A stretch of 63,657 nt of DNA from Octopus bimaculoides (taxonomy: Eukaryota): NCBI RefSeq assembly GCF_001194135.2, contig NC_068994.1, positions 52,435,093 to 52,498,749 on the forward strand, in the 5' to 3' direction. Positions 53,467-63,657 of this stretch are shown piece by piece. Within the stretch, counting starts at the first letter, position 1, and each line of letters opens with the position of its first letter. Made by a program: the position numbers and the translations under genes. The notes beneath the pieces are model-generated. The model made no database searches, was not told the DNA's origin, and worked only from the letters and a program-made list of their open reading frames with translations.

Positions 53467-53633
53467 ATATATAATTGTTAAAGAGGACAACAAACGTTAA
53501 GGCAAGGCAAGCATCTCAATTCGTATACAATATTATTATTGGAAAAAATTTTCCAATAATAACATTGTATATGAATTGAGATGTTTGTTTGCTGTTCTCT
53601 TAATGTTTGTTGTTCTCTTTAACAATTATATAT
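53467..53633. repeat. Near-perfect palindrome (foldback), about 167 bp, 2-nt centre
   Basis: catctcaattcgtatacaatattattattggaaaa-aa-ttttccaataataacattgtatatgaattgagatg, extending outward to atatataattgttaaagag.acaacaaac.ttaag on both arms. Confidence 0.92.
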
Positions 53634-54749
53634 ATATAGGTCATATAAATATAGATGTAATATTTTCTTAATATTTACTGAGTATTAATAGAAACAGCTC
53701 TAAGTGAAGATGATCAATTTTTTGTTAATAATAAATAATTATTAGCTTCCCAATCTCGATTTTCTTTTTCTTCTTTTATATGAATATAAACTATGTTTTT
53801 ATATATATACCTACTATGTTGAGGAAATGAATTCCCCAAAATACTGGGTATTGAGCTAGTATTTCCTTCGATGAAGTCATCCCCTCACGAGCTTAACANN
53901 NNNNNNNNNNNNNNNNNNNNNNNNNNNNNNNNNNNNNNNNNNNNNNNNNNNNNNNNNNNNNNNNNNNNNNNNNNNNNNNNNNNNNNNNNNNNNNNNNNNN
54001 NNNNNNNNNNNNNNNNNNNNNNNNNNNNNNNNNNNNNNNNNNNNNNNNNNNNNNNNNNNNNNNNNNNNNNNNNNNNNNNNNNNNNNNNNNNNNNNNNNNN
54101 NNNNNNNNNNNNNNNNNNNNNNNNNNNNNNNNNNNNNNNNNNNNNNNNNNNNNNNNNNNNNNNNNNNNNNNNNNNNNNNNNNNNNNNNNNNNNNNNNNNN
54201 NNNNNNNNNNNNNNNNNNNNNNNNNNNNNNNNNNNNNNNNNNNNNNNNNNNNNNNNNNNNNNNNNNNNNNNNNNNNNNNNNNNNNNNNNNNNNNNNNNNN
54301 NNNNNNNNNNNNNNNNNNNNNNNNNNNNNNNNNNNNNNNNNNNNNNNNNNNNNNNNNNNNNNNNNNNNNNNNNNNNNNNNNNNNNNNNNNNNNNNNNNNN
54401 NNNNNNNNNNNNNNNNNNNNNNNNNNNNNNNNNNNNNNNNNNNNNNNNNNNNNNNNNNNNNNNNATATGCATATATGTACGTGTGTATATATCGTTGCGT
54501 CTCACAGTTGCGAACCTAATTTCCAGAATGCATTTCATGCATCGTTTGCTTTATGCTTCTATACTGTTCATAATTATTTTCTACTATTCTTCAAAATAGT
54601 ATCCTATATTATTCCGACCCTTAATCTCATCGCATTAATACTTCACTTCAAATGAATACGAATGTGCATGAAAACTTTTGAGATTTAAATAATCTTGAAC
54701 ATACGAATATCAACCCGAAATAAATATATATCAATCACAACTATATGTT

Positions 54750-55150
54750 ATGTGCTAAAAAAATGTGACAGTTTGTAACATTGCCTAGCTGCATAATTTC
54801 ACACTTCGATAACCGCATCAATTCTTGACATAAAACTTTTATATTTCTACAGATCCGCAGGATATGTGGTTCCATACCAAGTCTTGATGATTACGTCAAT
54901 TAATGGAGTTCTATCATTCGGTTTGAAAACCGACAATAGTCTCTTGATTCGTAGCGATAAATTGTCATTGAGGTGAAGTTCTGAGATGTTTCCAGGCAAT
55001 TCTAAAACGTTTATTTTATGGTCATTTACACTATCTAACAGGATTTTAATCCAGATGACAAAATCGGCCGGGCTTGTTCAAAAATTAATTCAACCTAGCC
55101 ATGTGGAATTATTTAACTGATTTAAAGAAATAATGTCGTTTCTAATAATT
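54750..55150 (-). mobile_element. CR1/L2-like RT fragment (decayed)
   Basis: VIWIKILL, LHLND (~LYIND), ADL and LSKCEIMQLG (~NxSKCxVMHLG), in the expected order. Confidence 0.55.
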
Positions 55151-55231
55151 ATTATAGAATTCGTTTGTCGTGAAAGGTTGTATCACCATTTCAGTATGGT
55201 CAACACCTCTGTCAGGTATATCATTTTAGAG

Positions 55232-55524
55232 CAGTGGTTCCCAAACTTTTTCGAGCTGCCGCCCCCTTGACATTCGAGCAACATTTCTAGTGTCCCCCAC
55301 CCCAACTTAGTACACAAACATGGACCACCTTCTGCAGCAAATTCAGAACGGTATTTCACAAATAAAACTTAACATAATTAATCCATCATTTGGAGGGAGG
55401 AGATTACATCTATCGCCTTCTTTTGGCTATCATATCAATGCCCCATTTTTCTTTTACGCCGCTCTTGATCTTTCCACCGCTCACAGGGGGGGGGGCGCAG
55501 TAACGCCCAGTTTGGGAACCACTG
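55232..55524. mobile_element. hAT (Charlie-like) MITE, 293 bp
   Basis: Perfect 15-bp TIR CAGTGGTTCCCAAAC. 8-bp TSD TTTTAGAG / CTTTAGAG. Confidence 0.92.
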
Positions 55525-55753
55525 CTTTAGAGTATTGCATTTGACAACTCACTCAAATGTTGTTATACTTAACCACGTAACAAATATCCATGCAGCCTAC
55601 AAATTTCCTGCTACAAGTCCTATATTCTTTACGTCAAATTCCTGCGCTCTGTCCCGAAGTCGCTTAATTTGGTGACATGGCCGGCTGCATATTTTCATCG
55701 AAATCATTTTGTGATCAGGTAGAACTTGTGTAATCATACACACACACACACGA

Positions 55754-55845
<92 letters not shown>

Positions 55846-56229
55846 TGTCTGTAAAGCAAAAAAAAGTTTTCAGAAACCATACAGGATAATAAGTTTTATT
55901 TGATGAAGTGAACTTCGCATCGACGGAATGATACAAAAGCATCCTATTGTCATTTGGGGCCGACTCTGTAGGAGGAAGGGAGTCCATCTCAAATAATCAG
56001 CAGTTTATTGTAAAGGGACATTTTTAATCTATTTTGTGCCGTTGACGGTCCGAAGTGTGTCACTTAACAAAAATAAACAACTAAATAAATAAAGCATAAT
56101 TTTAACTCTTATTATAAGAGTTTATGTTCTATTTAACATATATGTAATAACAATCCTGGCATAGAAGTCTTAAAATCATTAATTTGAGCTATATTACAGT
56201 TACATTTATCCAAGACATCCTTTCATTAC

Positions 56230-56900
56230 TAGTTTACTCGTAGGAAGGATGCGGAAACTTCCATGCTTGACAAGGTTCGTGTTGAGTTTGAATTATTGTA
56301 AGTCAACATTAAATATGAGCTAAGGTATGTACAAATTGAAAACTGGTGCTCTGATTGAAAACGAAGGCTTTTGAAGAAAACTAATATTCTTTTACCATAT
56401 TCGAAGTTGTCGAATCTGAAAAGTGTTTTGATAAATGAAAATGTCTTTCCTTAGCCCATACTTGTACAATTAGTGATGTGTGCAATTTGTACGAATTGAA
56501 TATTTCTGAATACAATTTATTAATATTATTATGAGGTTCTTCAAGAACTTGTGGCCTTAATTACTCTTTACCTGTGTTGTTGATTGCACTCGATAATTTC
56601 AAGAGATTTTTCAAACTTTTTCGGAGTGATGATTGACGGTTTTTGAAGTGTCTCTCTTCTCATTGTTGTTCAAAGTCATGATTTTTCCAGTTGTTCTTCA
56701 AATTGTCTACCATTAAAATTTCTTATTACGGCAAATTAAATTGTTATTGCTATCTTGGCAATGATGGTGGAGTTGGTAGCTTTAACGGATCTTAAATACT
56801 CATAATTTTCAACTATTCAGAGCTACAATTTTAATCATAGGTCTGTTAAATAATACCGAAATTTTCAATAAATAACTTGAAGTATTCAATTAAGTTTGTT
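56230..56900 (-). mobile_element. CR1/L2-like RT fragment (decayed)
   Basis: NYRVQS (~NYRPIS), LYKYGLR (~LYKYGIRG) and RQLRI...PVFNLYI (~RQQRV...PLLFNLYI). Confidence 0.5.
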
Positions 56901-57562
56901 TAAGAAACATACTTAAAACATTTCGATCACCACAGCATTAAACTAGATTCACAAATGCAAATTATCTATATATTTCTATATTCACAGAAAAGGACATATC
57001 TTAAAAAAATCTACAAATTAAGTGACAGAGTGTTTAAACTAAAAAGAGCGACAGCTGTTTTTACGCTTATGGAATGTGTTCGAGCTAAGAGACAAACGAT
57101 GCGTATGAAATACATATGTGCACAGATGCTATATATGAACACTTATGCAATTATATGTGTTCTCATCCTAAGACAATTTCAGAGTATATTCGGGTAGATA
57201 AATCTATTCTACAACTTATTGTCGGGTCTTTCTCTGTATGCTAAACAAAAACGCATATGTACGTACAACACCGGTTGTCAAGCGACGGTGTGAGAAAAAC
57301 AAATACATAAAGACAGAGAGACATACACACACACACACACTCAAACAAACACGCACACGCACCCCAAACACACACACACGCGCATATATATATATGGCGA
57401 GCTTTTTTCAGTTTCCATCTACCAAATGCACTCACAAGGGTTTGATGAAAAAACACAGAAGATTTGTTTTAGAGAAGTTAAGAGTCTATTAGAGCCATGA
57501 TAATAATGATATACAATTTTGTACAAAATGAGGTTTTGTTTTTTCAACATAATTGAAGTAAG

Positions 57563-57586
57563 GACCGGATTCGCATTGCTCATCAA
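57563..57586 (-). ncRNA. Decayed hammerhead core downstream of the Penelope ORF
   Basis: Minus strand: UUGAUGA-GC AAU GC-GAAU-CCG-GUC. One change from a GAAACCGGUC palindromic stem III; C3->U; stem I not recoverable. Confidence 0.4.
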
Positions 57587-57774
57587 ACACAGATTTGAAA
57601 GACATAAATTGCTAAGGGGAAAAATATTGCAAGTGGAGATAATTGTTCACTCATTTATTTTGCTGTAAAGGGGAGATAAATCTGTAATTTTCTTTTTGTT
57701 TTTTGTACTTTTCTCTTTTCAGTTTTATTCTGGCTTATATTCTTCCATTAGATGGGTAAGTCCCTTATTTTTAA

Positions 57775-58904
57775 TATTGGTCCATATTTAATTCTGGTTT
57801 ATATTTTTCGCTAAATGTGGCACCTTCATTCAGTGTTGAGGTCCAGAAGGCAAGTTGATAAGATGGAAAAATTTCGAACTGTAGTTGTAATCGTTCTGCA
57901 CATTCGTCAATGTGTCGACTGAGGTATATTTGGCGATATTGTGGGAGGAAATTTGTTGTCTATGGACCGTACAGCTCTTACAGATCGAATCTCCTGTTGA
58001 CCCAATAAAATTTCAATGGCAACCCGGGCATCAGATTACGTAAATGATGTTTTGGGAGGCGCAAGTGAAGTCAGATTTGATTTTGAATATTTGTCCTTGT
58101 CTGAAATGGAATTCCGATCCTTCCAGCAGATTAGGTCATGTTCTGCAATTAGGGTGACTACACTTTACGACTCTTGTGTTCTGAAGAATAATTTGGCATT
58201 GATGAGAATTTTCTCCGATGTCTTAGGCTGTTTGCTGCTCTTAATGCTTTTATGGTTACGTGGAATCTCCTTACGTTTGGGCTACCTATGGGGTATTGGA
58301 AGATTTTAGACGATGATTTTGAATGCTTCTTTGTTTCTGTGGGTGTATGTCGAGATATAAGGTAGTGCTTTGAGGATAGATGTGCTGTTGTGTTTGGCTT
58401 TTCTTAATGTTTTAATATTAATCGATTTAGCACGTTTAATTCCTTCATTTATGAGTTGAGTTCAGTAGTGCCTGTCTTGGAGTACATTTTTAAATTCTTG
58501 AAATCTTAGTTCTCTGATATTTTTTTTTCCGGATACGATTGTACAAATCCTTCTTGCTAGGTTGAGGGAGGATATTTGTTTTGATATGTCTCCGGATGAC
58601 ATAAGCTAAATAATAAATATTATTAAGCGTCTGTGATCTTGTAAAATATGTCTGTTTTTGTTTATTTTTTAATCAGTATGTCTAGGAATGGGAGTTCCCC
58701 GTGGTTGTGTTCAATTGTGAATTGTATGTTGGTGTTAATGTTATTGAGAAGTCTTTTGAACTCCAGGAGCTTATCTATGTTTTCATTCCAGAAGATGAAG
58801 CAGTCATCTAAAAATCTTTTCCAATTTTCTTTCAGGTACTGGGAGAGAGTGTTTCCAAACTTTGAAAATGACTCCTGGTATATTGTTATTTCTAAATAGC
58901 CCAT
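57775..58904 (-). mobile_element. Penelope-like retroelement, 3' part (RT C-terminus plus GIY-YIG endonuclease), decayed
   Basis: WKRFLDDCFIFW...INTNIQFTIEHNHGELPFLDILI, then SLNLARRICTI, a KCSHPNCRT Cys motif and CASQNIIYVI.CPGC (GIY-YIG region), ending KYKPELN. Many stops and frameshifts. Confidence 0.85.
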
Positions 58905-58908
58905 TGTG

Positions 58909-58911
<3 letters not shown>

Positions 58912-58941
<30 letters not shown>

Positions 58942-58947
58942 ACAGAC

Positions 58948-59003
<56 letters not shown>
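58912..59003. repeat. (GACA)n/(GATA)n microsatellite
   Basis: Direct reading. Confidence 0.96.
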
Positions 59004-59005
<2 letters not shown>

Positions 59006-60595
59006 GTAGACATATACATATCTATTTGAGTGTATACATATTATGTGTATGGGTATGTCTATGCATATACCAATATATGCATACATACATGACTATTAAG
59101 TATGGTTGTCCCTTCACGCAAAATAGGATGGCTGACACCAATGTAGATTTTATTTGATATAAGTCAGAGGACAGATTTATTATTGCAAGCACACGAGAAA
59201 GACAAGAAAGACAGTAATAGATAAGTGTGAGCAACAAAATTCCAGAAGTACCAATACAACGTTACATTCCTTCATATATTTAATTTACGTCAAATATTTA
59301 TGTGTTTGCGTGTGATAGCTTGCTTGCATGCATACGTATATGCACAAATCCATAGGCAAACACATGCACAACACATAGATATATGAAGAGAGAAGAAGAA
59401 GGAATAGGAGAAATTCAAAGGTAGAAGACTTTAGCGTATAGTATTTCACAATAATCTATTTATATATATTATACTATTACATATTCCATCATCTACTCTT
59501 TCCACTTAAGTTTTCACGTCAATCTGGTTAAAAACTATTTATCTATCTGAGTAAGTTCGATCATTTACATCGATATTTGATAATCTCAGATCCAGTAATT
59601 CCTTATGGAATATGTATGTTGACAGATCACGTCATTTATCATTAGCGAGGTTTTTCTTCGGGCCAATTAAGTGATATCACATATACATCAAGCGATTACG
59701 ATATGCCAATAAAAATTTGTCTTCCGTTTATAAAATGAAAAGCAAAAACAAAAAAAAAAACGAAAACAAAAATGAAACATTGGAAAAATCATCGTATAAC
59801 TTTCATTCTCTTGAAAGCCTGGTATGAAAGATGAAAGCTTAACTAGTTTAGACATTGCACGCTATAATATACACAGGCAATTGATCCTTCGTAGCAATAT
59901 CTTGCTAGAAGAGACCAGCTCTCATAATTAAAAGCGGATTGGTTTATACATGCAGGTACACAGACACACACAAACACACACACGCACACTCTCTCTCTCC
60001 CTCTCACGCACACACACGTGTATACACCACCACCCTACACACACACTCAGAAGTACATAAACATCTCTATACACTCACTCATGCGTCCACAGAGTCACAT
60101 ACTTCTTTACATATATGTATGTCTGTTTATATAGCTTTTTACATGTTTGCGTGATCTAACATATTTATGTATATATGTATACATATATACATACATACAT
60201 CTATACATNNNNNNNNNNNNNNNNNNNNNNNNNNNNNNNNNNNNNNNNNNNNNNNNNNNNNNNNNNNNNNNNNNNNNNNNNNNNNNNNNNNNNNNNNNNN
60301 NNNNNNNNNNNNNNNNNNNNNNNNNNNNNNNNNNNNNNNNNNNNNNNNNNNNNNNNNNNNNNNNNNNNNNNNNNNNNNNNNNNNNNNNNNNNNNNNNNNN
60401 NNNNNNNNNNNNNNNNNNNNNNNNNNNNNNNNNNNNNNNNNNNNNNNNNNNNNNNNNNNNNNNNNNNNNNNNNNNNNNNNNNNNNNNNNNNNNNNNNNNN
60501 NNNNNNNNNNNNNNNNNNNNNNNNNNNNNNNNNNNNNNNNNNNNNNNNNNNNNNNNNNNNNNNNNNNNNNNNNNNNNNNNNNNNNNNNNNNNNNN

Positions 60596-60646
<51 letters not shown>

Positions 60647-60673
60647 GTGCGTATATATATATATATATATATA

Positions 60674-60788
60674 GATATGCAGGGCAGGGAATTTGTAGTT
60701 TTGAAATCAGTACTTCTTTGACTGCTATTTCTGAATTCTCAGTATGTTGGAGAAGCAGGTTACTGTCAATCCCTATATATTTATGATT
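60674..60788 (+). mobile_element. Internally deleted derivative of the 5851-6241 element (lacks the ribozyme)
   Basis: 97/98 identity to the reverse complement of 5851-5948 and 19/19 to 6223-6241. (TA)n on both sides. Confidence 0.9.
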
Positions 60789-60964
60789 ATATATATATAT
60801 ATATATATATTATGAATGTCACACCCGTATGTGTGTTGCTTAGATACCTGAAGCTGCAGTTTATCGCCTCGGTGAAATCCCTTTAACATCGTATAACACT
60901 GTGTTGAGTCCTACGAAAGTCTGATAATTTATTTGCCTTATTCGTCAAGTTACAAAAAAAATAT

Positions 60965-61350
60965 CCCTAACATTCAACGTACGTGTGTTGCACCACCTGA
61001 AGCCACCTTTTTTTCCAGTTCTTTGATCTCACGTTGATAACAGTTCTTGTCCTTTAAGGAAGGTTTCGCCTCCCTTTCGTTGAGGAAGCGTCGAACGAAC
61101 AATAAGCGGATCATGAATTTGAACACGTAATAATCTGAGGGAGCTAGGTCCGAACTCTCTGCTAGGTGCGTCAAAAGTACGGATCACTCGAGTTTGAAGA
61201 CAAGTTTTCGGGTGGTTCGAGCGGTGTGTGGTTTTGCATTGCTGCAGAAGATCTCGTTTTCTCTTAGCCAGAATATGGCACCTCAGACAGTGCAACATGA
61301 TGGTTTCTACTTTGAATGCTAGCTAGACAGATTTGATTGTGCCTTGACGA
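60965..61350 (-). mobile_element. Mariner transposase catalytic/C-terminal fragment
   Basis: KRKRDLLQQ (~LLQHDNA) and HLAESSDLAPSDYYVFK...KDKNCYQREIKEL (~HPPYSPDLAPSDY). Confidence 0.85.
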
Positions 61351-63657
61351 ATAAAGACAGTTACCAAAATATTGAAGAACTCTTGACACAATCCTGTATC
61401 ATAGAGATAATATATTGCAGAGCTTGGCGAAATGAAATCGCGCCAGCAGTGATCACGGCAGTAACAAATATTGTCCGAGAATCATGAAGTTGTTTGAACT
61501 GATCAATATCTCTTACTCCTTCTGAGAAAAAATCGAAATCGCGTATCTGAAGTATATACAGACAGTATACGATATATATTATGATTTGCAATGGCATCGC
61601 AAATTCAGAACAAATTTGAAATATGTAATGGAAACACTTCTGTAATTAAAACATTACGAATTTCACACATTTAACAAATGTGTGCTGCTTAAACGTCAGG
61701 AGATACAGTCGCATATCAAGACTATTTCTAGGGCGAATTTATCTTCTTTCCCCTGGCTCTCCAAGCGGCGATGCAGTTGTATTAGCGGAGATAGAATGGA
61801 AGGGTGTGTTGGCTGTGTAGATGCAAGCATAAAATGTATCTTTCCCTGGCGGCGGACATAAATACCGAGTAAATGCATATGCTAGTGCGGTGTATGCGTG
61901 CGTATTGAGGTGCCCCGTGTAGAGGTATTGTAGTTTGTTATTTTGGTATGAAGGAGGTATTGTCGTGCGTGAGAAGGTGATTGCGATGGAGGGGATAATG
62001 ATGCTAGTAAATAATATGGGATAGCAAGGAGTACTGAGGAAACATTCTGTGTGAATATATATATATATATATATATATANNNNNNNNNNNNNNNNNNNNN
62101 NNNNNNNNNNNNNNNNNNNNNNNNNNNNNNNNNNNNNNNNNNNNNNNNNNNNNNNNNNNNNNNNNNNNNNNNNNNNNNNNNNNNNNNNNNNNNNNNNNNN
62201 NNNNNNNNNNNNNNNNNNNNNNNNNNNNNNNNNNNNNNNNNNNNNNNNNNNNNNNNNNNNNNNNNNNNNNNNNNNNNNNNNNNNNNNNNTATATATATAT
62301 ATATATATATCTGTGTGTGTGAGCGTGCGTGCGTGTGTGTAGATCTATGTATATATACGTGTGACATTCCATACAAATGGCTATTTCAAAATTAATCTAT
62401 AGATAATTACTTCAGCAATATGTTAAGACAAATGTCATTTCACAAGATATATGACTTGGGTAAACGGAGCCGTCTCAACAAAAATTACATATTTTGTTTT
62501 TTAATACATGCATACACATACATTAGCAAACACACACACAAACAAACGCACACATACGCATATACATGTTTCTTAAAAACTTTCACTCAGTTCTGCATGA
62601 CTTAACATTTCGTATATATATATATATCTATATATATGTGTATGTATGTGTGCGTTTATATATACATATATATGTACACATTTACACACATATATACACA
62701 CATACATACATACGTACGTACACATATACATACATACGTACATACATAGTTATGGACGTACGTACGTACGTACCTACCTACATACATACATACATACATA
62801 CATACATACATACATACATACGTAGATCCGACTTAGAGAAACGTTATCTTCTGATGACTAGAAGTTTGTACCAATTTTTATTTTTATTTCACACATTCTG
62901 TAACACACCGAAATTCTCATTTCTAATTTTATATTTAATAGCCTTAAGATTGTTTCTCCATTTATTTCGAATTTACATGCAAAATATTAACGGGAAATTT
63001 AAATTTAAATTTTGTGACTAATACGTGTGAGTATGTTGTCTATAATGTTTTGTATTAAGAACATTTTGCTGGCAGCTACAACTAGCATGTTGACTTGGCT
63101 CTTGTACACTGATACTTCATCGAATCTCAAATATTAAGTTTTAATGTTAAAATATTTCTAATTTCAGTTTCTATTATCATTTTTATCAATTTATCAATTC
63201 CGAAATAATTCCTTTTTTTTTTACGATTTTTAATTTAGCACAATCGATTGTATATTAGATACATTCAGACTTGTATCATTGACACAAGTTTCCATGTGCT
63301 GTGCGTTCAAATATCAACAGCCGTTAATATTTCCGGCCGCTTTTAATTAACCACTTCACGTTGATTTAATCTATTTTGCTGTCCGCTGAAAATTATCAGT
63401 GAATTGCAAAATATATATACATATATATATATAGATATATATATATATATACACATCTGTGTGTGAGTGTGTATGTGCGCGTGCGCGAGTGTATGTGGTA
63501 TATTTCAAAATATATCTCACGGATGCGCTGAGTTGCAGCATTAGCGGTGTTTCGGAAGTTTCAAGTGGTTACAAGGCTTTCAAATTCACACGCCATTCTC
63601 CCGTTTTCCCAGCCGGTGTTATACATACATACGTATATACACATATATATATATATA

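Noticed and set aside
54853-54972. 120-nt open segment with AG/GT boundaries on the plus strand
   Set aside because: It is the antisense of a CR1-like RT fragment, which explains the open frame.

Overview
Animal genomic DNA that is AT-rich and full of microsatellites, with 16 N-gaps mostly bordered by simple repeats. The SINE families and repeat load resemble an octopus (cephalopod) short-read assembly; that is inference from recalled repeat families, not a search result. I found no confident host protein-coding exon, and the long ORFs in the track are gap or microsatellite artefacts. The window is mostly transposon debris: tRNA-derived SINEs (several with TSDs), two hAT MITEs, one internally deleted Tc1 with intact TIRs, four mariner/Tc1 fragments, CR1/RTE/L1-like RT fragments and a decayed Penelope-like (RT + GIY-YIG) element. 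The most notable signal is a dispersed family of short non-coding elements sitting in (TA)n tracts. Two copies carry minimal type I hammerhead ribozymes (6036-6097 and 42084-42143, minus strand) whose stem I shows four compensatory base-pair changes. Related pieces include a 97/98-identical ribozyme-less deletion derivative and a foldback built from the family's end. Two unrelated long foldbacks and further decayed hammerhead motifs are also present, one just downstream of the Penelope ORF. Together these suggest a retrozyme/Penelope-pLTR system in this lineage.
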